Position numbers and translations under genes: made by a program
In this document: positions 27,770 through 41,024 of the stretch, in pieces
Layout of the letters: every line of letters starts with the position of its first letter
Position numbering within the stretch: position 1 is the first letter of the stretch
DNA from: Glaucostegus cemiculus
Taxonomy: Eukaryota
Direction of reading: 5' to 3'
Length of the DNA: 64,000 nucleotides
NCBI GenBank assembly: GCA_976551045.1
Contig: CDPCPM010000026.1
Span: forward strand, 6,076,001 to 6,140,000
The notes under the pieces: generated by a model
The model's database searches: none
Seen by the model: only the letters and a program-made list of their open reading frames with translations
Told to the model about the DNA's origin: nothing

Positions 27770-28030
27770 GATGAGCCATTTCAGTCCTAATGGGAAGCTT
27801 GATTTATCACTCTGCTCCCCCCTGTTCAGCCCCCTCCCAGACAGTTATAAAAGGAAAATTCAGGTCATATTGATGGAGATGAAATGTGATGGTAATTAGA
27901 TAATGCAAAGTGGAAATTGGAAAGGAGCATTATTGAAATTTTAAATATGTTGGTTATTTTGCTTTTGAGCAATTATACCAGGCTGATTTATTTCTACAGT
28001 TTATAATCACTTAACAACCTCTGGCTGAAC
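27770..28030. promoter_or_regulatory. Candidate conserved non-coding element (enhancer)
   Basis: Two TGATTTAT Pbx-Hox motifs (27800, 27984) plus TAATTA in unique sequence. Conservation not tested. Confidence 0.4.
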
Positions 28031-28995
28031 TTTAACTGTTACTGGAGCTGACGCCTTTCACTCGAGACTTGTCCCGATTATTTTCAGTTGTAAAAATAAT
28101 TTATTTACTGAGATAGCAACTTGCAATTTAAACACTGAAAGTATAAAAGCATGCAGTTTTCATTCAGAGATTTAATGTTTAATCTCCACTAGTTGTTCAA
28201 GTACCGATTTTTTGAAACAAGTATAATTCAAAGTTTAAGATGATGCAGGATTTTAGTATCCAGATTGGGTACTTTTCCAAAGCCTTGGACCATTCACCTG
28301 CATATGAGTTTCAATTGGATTTTCATTTTGCACCACAGGCTTCAGGAACATTCATAAAACCTAGTTAGGATGGTGACTGAGTCTTTCCTCAGACATTATT
28401 ATGTTCAAACAGGATTTATGTAGTGACAGAATTTATACAGAAACTTAATGGCAGCAGACAAAATGAAAGAGAATTTTCACAAATATAAACCATTATAAAT
28501 ACAGGTAACAATGGAAAAAATGTAGGAAAAGTTTAGAAGTTCAGATTAATATTTAGGAGCTGTGCAAAGTTAAATGGAATTGGATTGTATGTACTTATCT
28601 TGCTCAATGTATTTGTTTAATGAATCAGTATTCTCCAAGAAGTCCTGAAGGAAAAATGATTGTATTAGTTTGGTGCAGTGTGCCACAGAGATAATATAAA
28701 ACATTTGAGGTGAAATGTACCGTAAAGAGATTTGGACATTTGAGCTTTAAGTGGCTCCATGGTCAGTGGGTTGGTGCTTTTTATGTTTGCAAAAGCTTAA
28801 ACACTACTCTGGAGAGCAAGAAAGTTCCAGGAACCCTAATGTGAAGAGACAAAACTGAACCTGTTCAGGGTTTCACTACCATTGATTGACCATTAATTGG
28901 TGAAATTAATGTTATGATTGCTTTGTTTGCCACTCCATATTTTTCTCCAAAAATAGAGACATTTGCCATGCCTGGAATGTGAATAATATGCAAAA

Positions 28996-31690
28996 TGAAA
29001 TGGCTGATGCAGAGTTTGTGTACATAACCTTTAACAAGATCCATTGCAGACTGAAACACACAAGACAGGAAGAGCTCACACCATATCAGTCTAATTTATT
29101 CAAAGAGTCTACTTCGGCTAACCACAGGCAAGTTAAGGCACATGTTATACATGTGTACTGCAGTGCATCCCTTTTTATCAAAAATTTTAGCACATGTATA
29201 AATTCACATGAGCTGCAGATTTTAGTTGCTTCATTATTGATGTCAGTTGTGGATTTACCAGGTTTAGAGCATCAACTGTCTCCACACAACGTTATTTTCT
29301 TGTTTTGACTCCCTTTAGGAAACTTGCGCGTTGAACAATTGTGGGATTTACTGAAGGAACATCACGGAACATCTTCCCTGTTCTCCTGAGCATAGCACAC
29401 TATAATCATATGGTCCACGTGAATCTTTCTGAATCGCTCGCTTATTACTACTTCACCTTTCCTTTCAAATTGGACTGATCAAACAAATACTGAGAATGCT
29501 GGAGATACCCAGCAGGTCAGACTGCAGCTATGGAGAGGGAACCAGAGTTAATGTTTCATGTGAATAACATCTCATCAGAATTGATGAGAACTAAACGAAA
29601 CTCAATTTTGTCCAGACACTTCTGTCCATCAGCTGTATGTCATCTGTATATCCTGTTGTGCAGTGTGCCATTGTTCTATAGTTTAGAAGAAATGCTCCAA
29701 GTCAAGGTTTCATGGCTGTATTTGATCAGCAGTACATGAGCTCTTTCCTCAATATCCCCATTGCCCTGTGAATTGACCTTTCTACATCTCCTCTTGAAAC
29801 TAGGTAGCAGTGAGAAGTGAAGAAGTATTTCATTCTATTGTTCTTCATGAATCATTAAAACTAATATAATCTAAGTTATGGATCATTGTCTAACTTCCAG
29901 AATACCATGTGTGGCGAGCATACATCTTAATTTTTCTATTGTTACACTCTGTGCCCCACACTTTCAATGGCTCCTGATTAACATTTAAAGGGTTGGCCAC
30001 AGATTTTTCACAATTATTTATGTGGACCCACTGGAATGGTCTTGTAGGCCACTTTGCCCTCTGGACTGGCATTCTAGGAACTATGTGCTGCAGACTTGAC
30101 ATACTGTACTGATCAGTTCTTTTTCTTTGTCAATGCCAAGTAAAAAAAACACATCCTTCAGCTACTACCTTTTATATTTACTATAACCAAAGAATCTGCA
30201 TTGAATTATTCTCTCATCTTGCTTTGCAGTTCCTTCAGCATTTTTACCCTGTCTACCCAATCTGTGCAGCCATGGACAATTCATCCAACCTATATTTCTT
30301 CATTTGGACATGTGTCAGATTCACAAAATCAGTCCATCTGCTTCTCCTGTGCTCATATGCTTACCTCGACATCATGTCTTTTTTGCATAATCTGGACAGG
30401 GCTTCTCTATTGATAGGGGTTTTATCATGAGGTGGTCTAAACATGGATTCAGCCGTAGGACTTTGTTATGGTGGTATTGAAGCAGGAAGGTGGCTCACCT
30501 CTGTGAACTTGATGCTACCAGTGTAGAAAAAGCAGACTTCAGTTTCAGGATGGCCAATAGTGGCTTCTCGATAACGAATTCTACAGTTAAAGCACCTTGC
30601 TGCTCTGAACTGACATGCTTGTACTGAATGATTCTCACAAGAACAGTAGCAGGGTTTTCCACTACACCAGCCTTCTATCCCATTCATGTTCATAGATGCA
30701 AACTCTGTTGGAGTCTTACAGTTGCTCCTGCTATTGGACAATATACTGTGTTTGCTCCAATGCTGTGTGCTGGTTGTAATTGCATTGCATGCTTAGAGGC
30801 CATTTCCATTGATGCAGTTGTCTTGCATGTCCATTAGAACATTAGATCTAGTGTGTTGAATAATTTGAACTGGATGTCCTCATTATTGAGGTAATGCACA
30901 GCATAATTCATTGCATGCAATCCAAGAATGAGCCAAAGTTACAATGCTGTCATAGACTTTCTTTTTAAGAATGCCTGTGTAACTGCTAATCATCTCACTT
31001 AACCTCTGGTTATGGGTTCCAGCCTCATAGCTCTCCACAGTCTCAAATACACTGTATTGGAATGGTTTTGCATATTTTCTATTCCTTCATTAAATGGGAC
31101 ATAACTTGCAAGTAAATTTGCTAACAGCACATGAGTATCTGACCTTATGCACATGATTGTCCTCTTGCATTTGTGAGTACTTTCATCCTCGTTCTCTATT
31201 TTGATAATTTAACTTGTCTTAATAGACATCTCCATCTGTTCAATGTATGAATGGAAGTATCCCTGTGCTTCTTAATGCTGAGATTACTGACATGATCACT
31301 CTGACACTGTACTGCCATTGTGTGTGGTCTTTCAGTTTGACGGTTACTGGGATCATCTTTTTACTTGTAATAAGTTTGCACTACTGCCTTTTCTCTTCTT
31401 CATGCTCGAGTCCACTTCTTGGATGGCCCGATCAATCATGAGTCTCTCAGTCTTGCCCTATGGTCACATGATATCATTTAATCACTCAATATCTTTGACA
31501 ACCTCATCACTTTTCATGGCAGTATCTCATCCTCATCACCAGTGTAAGTTCTGTATAATCAGTGAGTTCTTAACCTCCAATAAAGCTGCTGCAGAGAGCA
31601 TAGACTGATGCATGTGAGCCATAAGGAGCCCAAAAACACAAGTCTGGCTTTTCGAAGGTTCCACTCAGCAATAAGCACGTGACAAAATAT
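28996..31690 (-). mobile_element. Degraded, internally deleted Gypsy LTR retrotransposon
   Basis: Minus-strand order: 5' LTR about 31543-31690; PBS tggtgatgaggatgagat 31524-31541; gag (YFHSYIEQME, DTHVLLANLLA, NNEDIQFKL, CYCSCENHSVQACQFRAARCFNC); RNase H end (KPLLAIL); integrase (WPTRPFQWVHI, DNDP, FLLNYRT..H.TTG, IHVDH); 3' LTR about 28996-29162. Confidence 0.85.
29480..29600 (-). mobile_element. PLE pseudo-LTR nested in the Gypsy element; hammerhead-like motif at 29545-29583
   Basis: Minus strand: caatt-CTGATGA-g-atgt-tattc-acat-GAAAC-ATT-aactc. Confidence 0.75.
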
Positions 31691-31699
31691 GTCCCAAAC

Positions 31700-31866
31700 G
31701 AAAAGCAAAAGCTGCAGATGCTGGAACTATGAAATAAAAATAGTAAAAGCTGACAGTAGTCAGGAGGTAATTTCTGATGGAGGGTTATCAAACTGAAACA
31801 TCAATTCGTTTTCTCTCTCCACAGATGCTACCTGATCTGCTGAACATTTCCCAACTTCTCTGCTTT
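31700..31866. mobile_element. Palindromic PLE end
   Basis: gctgcagatgctggaac... followed by ctgatggagggttatcaaactgaaacatc...tctctccacagatgctacctgatctgctgaac. Confidence 0.75.
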
Positions 31867-32425
31867 AGTGTCATAACTGACATAACAGAAACCTACTTTG
31901 CACTTCAGCTGAGAGCCATGTCTACGGCAGAGGTCACATTACAGCTTGGATGGTGGGTCGATCATGGCAGACAAAAATTTTGACAGCCAAGTGAAGGCAG
32001 CCATTCCTTTATAATCATTGTTAATACGTGAATACTTTATTTATGATTCAGTGCATGGGAGAGAACACAAGTTGAAGAATTCAGTGTGACGTTCTTTGCT
32101 GAATCATAAGTAATCAGTACTTTTCTAGGAACAATAACACTCATTGTCAACTTTACTGTGAAACAAAATATGAAAATGCCCAAACGGATGGAACAAAACC
32201 TTCTCACCAGCTAATGGACTTAAATAAAAATAAACCAACAAAAAGTATTCAAAACACTTCAAACTGTTGTTCACTTCCAATACTGTCAGGAAACCAGCAC
32301 AGTCATTATAACTCATAGTAACATCTACAAACAACAATTGTGACAATAAGATCTTTTATGGAATAAGTCAGCTGGATCTCGGACTTGGAGCTTGTGAACT
32401 TCATTCTAAGAAAAATTAAATTCAA

Positions 32426-32577
32426 ACATAAAAAGGGGAAGTGCTGGAAATACTTCTATTGAAGGTCATTGATCTGAAACCTTTCCTCCATTTCTCTTTC
32501 CACAGATGGTGCCTAATCCACTGAGTATTTCCAGCATTTTCTGTTTTTATTCCAGCATTTATGATTTTTGATTTTTC
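32426..32577. mobile_element. Palindromic PLE end
   Basis: gtgctggaaatact ... agtatttccagcat arms; imperfect 14-bp direct repeat aaaatt(aa/gg)attcaa at 32412 and 32578. Confidence 0.7.
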
Positions 32578-33043
32578 AAAATTGGATTCAATCTTAGTTG
32601 TAAAAAGATGAACATTCTTAACTTCACTATGCTTAGGATAGCAAACATACATTTGAATTAGCCAGAGATGCAATGGTTGCAGAGGATATTATAAATTTCC
32701 AAAGGATCGTGTAAGATTCTTTGACAGATGAATACTGCTATAGGTCAGATTACAGTTTCCTTATAAAGTATAGTTATAATGCTCTTCAATAATCATGGTT
32801 CATGCGGAAGAGTTGCAGAATTTTCACTAATAAAATAAAAGAAAAGAAAATAGCAGATAATGTACACATGACTTCCTGCAATGAGCTATCTACAGTCTCC
32901 ACTTCTATAGAAGTACAGACTGAGAATATAATGCAGAATGCTGAGCCTTCCCTTGAATCTTTCACTCTCTGTTTAGAAAGTAGTTAGAATGTAGCACTCC
33001 TTGTCTTATTAAGTGAGTAATGACTGAAGCAAGTTATTCCCTT

Positions 33044-33171
33044 AGAGAAGCAAAGGACTGCAGATGCTGGAATTTAGATGAAAAACACAATGATGTTGGA
33101 GGAACTCAACAGGCCAGGCAGCATCCATGAAGAAAAGCAGGTGGTCAATGTTTTGGGTCAGGACCCTGAAG
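33044..33171 (-). mobile_element. PLE end with 13-bp TSD
   Basis: aagttattccctt at 33031-33043 and 33172-33184 flanks ctgcagatgctgg...ggaggaactcaacaggccaggcagcatc. Confidence 0.85.
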
Positions 33172-34229
33172 AAGTTATTCCCTTTCACAGCCTGTTTTGT
33201 TTGGAAGAACTTCAAAAGAATTTTGTTCTTCATTTTGAAAGGATTTTGAAGGCAAGGAGTTATGGCCAGTCTAAGGAAGGACTACAGCACGATAGCATTC
33301 AGTGGTATGGAATGACTTTCAGCATCATTTACAGTCATAAAGAACCTTCTCCTTCAAAAGTGCAGGCCTGCAGTTGATTATTGCTGGACATCCCTCACTG
33401 GTGTAAAGCACATATCTGCATTAGTACCAGGGACAATCAGTTCTGGCTGCACACTTCAAATGATAATAATGAGGACTGAGCCCAGATTTCCCACTCAACC
33501 TCCAATAACTCAGTTAATCACTCATTGTGAGCTGTGCTCCTGTTTTATAGCAGTTTCCAATTTCTCCACTGATCTTTTCCCAAAGAAAAGTAAACTGGTA
33601 AACTCATAAGGAAATACATGATTTAAAGTATTGATTAGATCTCGATGCTTTCTTTGTCACTTTTGGGGATTTTTTTTTGTCACTCTATCTACAACTGAGC
33701 TATTTTCACATTACAGTATGCTTAATATGGAAACTGATCTCAGAAATTGAATCAATTTCACTGTTCTGAGAAATATTCTCAGCTTTTCTGTAGTCTCTGA
33801 CATTGGTAAAATTACAAAACAAAAACAAGAGGCAGCAAACTGTGGGCAGCATGCCGCCTGAGTAATTGAATTGTGTTGGCAGTGATTCAGCCTTGCCTGT
33901 GTAGTGGGAAGACAAACTTTGCTTTCTAAGAGGAACAGTCATTTAAAAAAAAAGGAGGGTGAGAAAAAAATAGCAAAGCTAAAACTTGGGTTGAAGGAGC
34001 ATTAAAAGGATAATGGATAATTGTCGTTATAGCAAGACTTTTTTTCAATTACCACAGGGGTGTGGAAACAATCCGACAGTAGTTTTGACAGAATTAATTT
34101 TTAGCCCAAATGTGAAATCAGTAGTAGCTGAAGAGTTAAATACCTTGCACTTGTTCTTTCTTTAGAAGACATTGCCACAATATACTTAGCAATAACTGTA
34201 TATACACAGGTACTGCATCATTGAAAGTA

Positions 34230-34720
34230 AATATGGAAATAGTTTTGGATAGGATTAAAATACCCAAGTCTGTTAACACTGCAGGTTGGAATGCCATTTA
34301 GTCTAGAAAGTTGAGAGAAATAAGGAAAACTCTGAGTGAAATTGATTCACGTTCAATAGCTTATTAAGGTTGGAGTTGATTCCTGTAGATTTGAGGTTGC
34401 CTTACATGACCCTGGAAATGATAGGCCTGTAAGATTAACTTCAGTAGTAGGGAAGCAGTTGGAAAGTATTTAATGGGATGTGATAGATGATCACTTGGAC
34501 TGTTTGACAGTTATTAGGGATACCCAGCATGGGTTTAGGAAACGTAAACCCTCCCTCATTAATGTGACTGAGGTCTTTTAGAAAGTGACCAGAACAGTTT
34601 TAACTTAACACCCAAAAATGTCTGATAATGTGCTGTATTTATGATGATTAGCAAAATCCAGGTCACACTGGATTATAAAGTAGAGGTTGAAATCATGTTA
34701 ATGACAGTGGATTGGATTGG
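34230..34720 (+). mobile_element. Degraded CR1 reverse transcriptase fragment
   Basis: DPGNDRPVRLTSVVGKQLESI...QHGFRK motifs. Confidence 0.8.
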
Positions 34721-35925
34721 GGCAGTGGATAGAATGGAGTTCAAAAGAGTGTGAATGAGATCTTAAAATGATAAAGGGATAGGATACAATCCAGATGAAA
34801 GGGCTGTTTGAAATATAAAGGAATGACAGAAGTTGATCCCTGTAAAAATTGTGGAGAGAGAGTTGGATTAAATGGGAGGAAGTATTACTTTTACAGTGAT
34901 CTTCCATTGGGTCACCTTGGTGAGGTAAGTAATGAGTGAGGATTGTCCTTAACAAGACAACTTGACAAGCCATTGAGCAGGAGATGGTTATATAAACCTA
35001 GTTGATTATCATTCATGATCAAAAGGGATTTCTGAACTCCTGGCATTTGTCAGAGAGTGTTAGAGAAGTTTGTTCCATTGTTTCATTCAATTTAGTTACA
35101 GTTTTCCTTTTGGTTAAAAGATGAAGTATAATACACAATGGAGCTCATTCAATTTTCCATCTAATCCAGCAGAAATGGTCAGAACTTCTGTAGAAAATGT
35201 AAAGTGGCCTCAAAGATTTCATGTGAATATTATCAGAACAAGTGTCTCAATGGAACTAGCTTGATAAGTCTTAAGATATTTTTTCTCCCAATTTAAGTTT
35301 GTGTCAGTAAACAAAGTAGTCTGCAATATTACACTGAGTACATCAGTTTAAATATCATTCAACAGCCTTTTTTTTCTATTTTAAGATAACGTTAAATTTT
35401 ACAATATCCTTTAGAGCCTAGCTTAAGTTGATCGTAACAAATTTGAACTTTGTGTTTTGTGTCTGGTGCCTGAGAGTCTTCACTTAACAGATTATTATTT
35501 TGAGAAATCCTCAGACAAACACAACATGTACCATTTTCATACATTTTTCATATTTCATCTGATTTGAAAAATTAATTAGACATTGAATCATCTGGAAAGA
35601 GAACATGGAGCAATCTACTTTCAAGTGAGAGCTACACTTTTATTCATCTGTTTGTATAATTGCATTTTCTACATGAGCTGTACTTCACACTTCTGCTAAA
35701 CAGCATTAGTACATTGATGTTAAGATAATGATATTTTGCCATGTAATGAAAAAGGTTACAACAATTTATATTTCCTTGTTAAGCTATGAAATTATAAAAG
35801 ATCTATATTTTCAAATGATAATCTGCTCACAAGAGTCGAGGTTTTACACAGAACTTGTTTCTAAATTCCACCCATGGCCTCACTGGACAATCCCACAAGA
35901 ATGTCATCTCTAAGTGCTGCTGTCA

Positions 35926-36020
35926 TTAAGATTAAGATAACTTTATTAGTCACATGTACATTAAAACACACAGTGAAAGGCACCTTTTGCATTGAGTGTT
36001 CTGGGGGCAGCCTGCAGGCA
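35926..36020 (-). mobile_element. SINE 3' tail fragment
   Basis: Reverse complement matches the 3' end of the SINE at 43770-43861. Confidence 0.75.
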
Positions 36021-36021
36021 C

Positions 36022-36385
36022 GGTATGTCCTCCCTTATCAAAAAGGCAACACCACCGCCTTGCTTACCTGTACCTCTGTCACACCTGTAGCATATGTATC
36101 CTGGAATATTGAGCTGCCAGCCCTGCCCTTTTCTCAGCCATGTTTCTGTTGTGGCTATAACCTCCCAGACCTCAGAGCCAATCCATGCTCTGAGTTCATC
36201 CGCCTTACCTGTTAAACCTCGTGCATTGAAATAAATGCAGTTGAACTGGGTATTCCTTTCCCTGCCTTTACTCTTCTCCTGGCTATCCCGATTATTAAAC
36301 TTGCTCTCACTGACTACTGCTTTATGCCATGACTTGCTCCTGCTCAGAGTCCCACCCCCCTGCCAATCTAATTTAAATCCTCCAG
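36022..36385 (-). mobile_element. CR1 ORF2 N-terminus (apurinic-like endonuclease)
   Basis: CIYFNARGLTGKADELRAW...IATTETWL...LNIPGYICYRCDR...GGGVAFLIRE (within ORF 35961..36470). Confidence 0.92.
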
Positions 36386-36517
36386 ATTCTAGAGATGGGT
36401 CATTGACCCAAAACATAACCTTTGTTTCTTTCTCCATTGATGCTGCATGACTGCAGAGTCCCTCCAACATCTTCTGTTTTTATTTCAGATTATTAGCATC
36501 TGCAGACATTTGCTTTA
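36385..36517 (+). mobile_element. PLE pseudo-LTR end
   Basis: gggtcattgaccc hairpin followed by aaaac, then ctccattgatgctgc...ttcagattattagcatctgcag. Confidence 0.7.
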
Positions 36518-38989
36518 CTTACAATGCTGGTTCCTCCACCCATTAAATACTTACTGTTAAATTTTGATTAACTTCTGCTTCGTCAAAATCAGAAGAGATA
36601 TTTGTTTGAATTAAGTTATTTTCCAGTTCTTCACTCAAAAAAAGTTGAAATATCAAAGTTACTTCCTTTTTCATCTACCCCATGATCTTGATCATTTTTA
36701 TCCCCCCTTCATATCAAAAGGCAGTCAAATGAAAATGGTTTAATATATCAGGATATATTCATCTTCTAATGTTATTGTAATGAAAAGTGGCTACAACAAA
36801 GGCTATGGGACCAAACACAATCCCAGACAGCTGACCTGAAGATCTGTGTTCCAAAACTCATCACTTCTCAAGCCAAGGTGTTTCTCCATAGTTGCAACAC
36901 TGGCATCAACCTGACAATGTGGAAGATTGCTCAGGTCTGTCCAGTTTACAATCAGCAGGATAAATCCAATCCAGCTAATTACCTCTCGATCATCAACCAC
37001 TCACCACTAACCCATCACAAGTCCATCACATCTAACTCTGAAAGCTCCACCTCCTGATGTACCATCCCCCAATACAGCATTATATTCACCAGTTCCATAT
37101 GTGCTTTCATCCCTTGCCTAAACCATACACTCCTTCCCCTGCCAACTCTTTGCCTAAAACACATGCACCACCAGGTTCTATCTTCCTGCCATCCCCCTAA
37201 CCCCTACTCTTCCACACCAGTGATCCTGATGCAATGACAGAGACAATGGAAGAAAGGCCTCTCTTACAGTAAATTGTTCATGTCCTGCTCTATTGAGTCC
37301 TCCATGTGCAGCTCTGCTTTGATACACCTTTCCTGGAGTGGAAGATTTTCTAGCCCAGGCAATTTTATAGGTGTTTTGTTGGGATGGTGTAATGAGAGTT
37401 TAGTAAAATTGGTTGGATTATATTGTAGGAACATACTTATGTTAAGAAAGTAATTCTGTGTAGTATTACATAGGTAAGAAAAGTATGTTTATTGTAATAT
37501 ACTTTGTGTGAATTACCAGCTGATTTCTGAGAACCAATTGTCAATAAAACAATATCTCACTGCACAAATCATCTGTGTGTAACTGGGAATATCTCTTGTC
37601 TGAGTGGACAGTGTTTTAAGAAAGATAAAAACAAAGTTTTTGCTTAATTTAACTTTTAAGATTCTGATCATGAAACAAAAGGGATCTGCATTTACTTTTT
37701 TAGACTGTGCTATGATAATTGCAGATTATGGAAAGTTTCAAATCATAAGCAAGAAATCCATTAGATTGCAAATTCTTTATGATGTAACCAACTTTTCAAC
37801 AGAAATTTGGTAACATTGGCTGTCAGATCAGATTTCAAAAGGAAGAATTTTAAATTTTATTTTTTTTCCTCAAGAGAATTGTCCTTTTTTAAGCACTCAA
37901 AAGAGTCCGGAAATGTCTTGTGCCATTCTATTTCCAGTTATACCTCATTATGAGAAAGGGTAAAATTTCATCTGAAGTTACCTGAACTGAAGGTATGTTG
38001 TACCTAATTTCCACAATTGGGTTCCATTGAAGTCAATACCACGTTGCATATATGCAACTGTGAGTGAATGTTTCAATATTTTAATAACATTATTGGAGAG
38101 TGTTAGCATATCTTTCTTCTCCAGGCATATGATTAGTACTTTAAATATTGCATGCCCTATAGACATAATTTAATCTATTTATATTATGTCTTCACAAATT
38201 AACTTAACTAACATACCTCTGTAGACAAAAATAATGATGGGCAGTCAATATTGACATTAATGAGAGCAGACAATGGATATCTTGATTCATCAAAATTTTG
38301 AACTGATATACTGCCTTCATAATCTATTGAGTAGCAAAAGGTGATGCTCTGTAGGATGTGGTGATTATCAGCAATAAGCCATGGGTGAGGCATCTAATGC
38401 CAGAGATATTTGAGCAGTTTCAGTCAAGTAGTTTTAATAGCTAATTCAAACATTGAAGTACTCAAGTTTCACATGTTTGCATTGTCAAACTGCTGAGTTT
38501 TCTCATACTTGGAAAGGGGGCAGGTTTCATATTCAGCCAAACAAAATGAACAATGCATTATCATGAATATAGCACTGTAGATTTTCCCATCAACTGATCA
38601 CTTCTGAAAGTAGCTATAATTTACTTTGGTCAAGAGATGGAATCTTCCTTATGTGTTAAGATAAATAAGATTTATTCAATTGAACTCTGAAGACTTATAA
38701 TCCTCTGAACCTCAAAACAATACTTTTTCTTTTTACACAGAATAAAATGTACTTGGAGAAAAAAAATCAAATGCCAAGAAACTGAGAACATCCATGGTCC
38801 ATATGCGTCCATTAAATTCCACCCCTCGAAGCAATTGCCGGAAAGCAATTTAGTATTCCCTCAGATTTGATTAAGTATCTCAATTTGCATGATGTGCAAA
38901 GACTAATAATAAATACTGTGTGTGTTAGGTAAATGTAAAAATGAGATCCAACCCCTTGTGTTTTCAAAACATAATTTAATTTACTTTGT

Positions 38990-40140
38990 GCAGGGCCTGA
39001 TTTATATTCTATCCTATCAGTCAGCCCTACCAGGCCATGATGTTAGACTTTATTGGCTAAAATGATGTGTGATGATAATTAATGAGCGCAATAACAAGCC
39101 ATCTTTAAATAAACTCCACATTAAAGGAGCAATTTGTTTTATCTTCTATAATTAGATTATTACACATCCAAGTGTGTTGGGATTATCTTTCCAATTGTTA
39201 ATTGTAAGGTGAGGTGCTCTTTAATATTTTACATCAGGATTAAAAAGGTTAGTATCTCAGCTTTAACCTGTCTCTATTTTCTGAACTCCTCTGAATTTGA
39301 TTAGAAATTACACAAAACCTCTTGTATCTTCGGCACTGGGATCCAAGTGGGTTTGCCTGTTTTCAGGTTCATTCAGTTGTTATTTTCATGTTTAATTATA
39401 AGGCTGTGAGCCAAGGCTTGGGATGCGTTTTTGCTTTTTATGGAAATGTAAATTGGAAATCTCCTGCTGCACGGAAGAACCATTTTTCCCTTCAGGGTTA
39501 TGTATGCAGCAGATGTATTGCCAATCCTCTTATTGTACAGATATTGATCCCTCCTCTCCATAATGAACTGTAACAACAACTCTATTACTCCGAGCTTCCT
39601 GATTGGCCCAGCATAATATGAAATTAGCTGGCGTGCATCAGGCCTGTCAGTATTGATTTCACTACTGAGATTACTTGTTACAAAAGAATAGAGCTGTCTG
39701 CGCAGTAATTGAACAAGTTAACTCCTTGTCTCATAAAATGTAAGCCTGTATTGATTGCTTACTGTTATTATGCAAAAGTAAGAAAGTTGTAACAATGTTT
39801 AATCACCATGGTGCTATGAGACCTTTACTTTGAGGCCCTTTTGACAGCTGCTGTGAAAGGGCAGGCAGTGCTGACAGACTGAGAGAGCAAACATTATCTC
39901 CCAGCCCTAAGCATATGAGTACTTATTCCAGTCAGTTAACCCTCTTAATTACAATATTGGGGCTATTTCCTATAACATGGATGGTTTATTTATATACTTT
40001 ACCAAAGTAGTTCATCAGGGGTTAAATAAGATCAAATCCCTTCTGCCACAATGTAATAAATTGTTTCATCTGTGAATTTAGCTGTTCTCCCTAATGCAAA
40101 CATGGATGTTACAGCAGTTCTCCCTTGATAGGGTTACAGG
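38990..40140. promoter_or_regulatory. Candidate conserved non-coding cluster
   Basis: Unique sequence with TGATTTAT (38998), TGATTGGC (39600), Meis-type CTGTCA/TGACAG (39644, 39842, 39872) and several TAATT cores. Conservation not tested. Confidence 0.4.
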
Positions 40141-40179
40141 TTAATGAAATGCTCTTTCTGTTGCTTATTTTTTTTCTCC

Positions 40180-40544
40180 NNNNNNNNNNNNNNNNNNNNN
40201 NNNNNNNNNNNNNNNNNNNNNNNNNNNNNNNNNNNNNNNNNNNNNNNNNNNNNNNNNNNNNNNNNNNNNNNNNNNNNNNNNNNNNNNNNNNNNNNNNNNN
40301 NNNNNNNNNNNNNNNNNNNNNNNNNNNNNNNNNNNNCCTNNNNNNNNNNNNNNNNNNNNNNNNNNNNNNNNNNNNNNNNNNNNNNNNNNNNNNNNNNNNN
40401 NNNNNNNNNNNNNNNNNNNNNNNNNNNNNNNNNNNNNNNNNNNNNNNNNNNNNNNNNNNNNNNNNNNNNNNNNNNNNNNNNNNNNNNNNNNNNNNNNNNN
40501 NNNNNNNNNNNNNNNNNNNNNNNNNNNNNNNNNNNNNNNNNNNN
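40180..40544. other. Two N runs separated by cct (gap or hard-masked microsatellites)
   Basis: N at 40180-40336 and 40340-40544; flanks are T/C-rich on the left and GT-rich on the right. Confidence 0.9.
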
Positions 40545-40980
40545 CTGTGACAGAGAAGTGTGTGTGTGTATGTATATGTGTGTGAACAGTGGGCTAAAGG
40601 AGTGGATATAGGTGCAGCTAACCCCCTGTAGGAAACTCTTTGATGATCGCAGACTCTCATTGTGAAGCTGCGGTTTGTATGCCGCACAGCCAGGTCAAGT
40701 CTTTGAGTCTCATAATCACACAGCTCAGCACAGTCCTCTTGCCACAAAGCCTTTTTTCATGCCTATTTAATGCATCAGAAGTGCTTTCAAGTGCTCTTTG
40801 ATAAATCATAGAAAGCGTTATTCCAGCCGCTCAATAACTGTACCTGGTAGTCTTTTTCAGATCCCAAGGCAGCTGTTCCCTCCTGCTTTATTTTCGCCAC
40901 TGATGGTAATTCATTCCACTTGAGCTTACTGGTTCATTCCACATTTATTTGCACATCATGAGCAATGTCATTTTACTTAC

Positions 40981-41024
40981 CCTGAAGACAGTAAATGGTT
41001 TGAAAAATGTAAGTATCACAAATA
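40981..41024 (-). other. Candidate 44-nt exon
   Basis: Minus strand: gctttttctcccccag|TATTTG...CTTCAGG|gtaagt; both splice sites close to consensus, in unique sequence. Confidence 0.25.

Noticed and set aside
28979-29308. 109-aa ORF
   Set aside because: It overlaps the Gypsy 3' LTR on the antisense strand and has no recognisable domain.
40109-40747. Long ORFs across the N tract
   Set aside because: Artefacts of N bases hiding stop codons.
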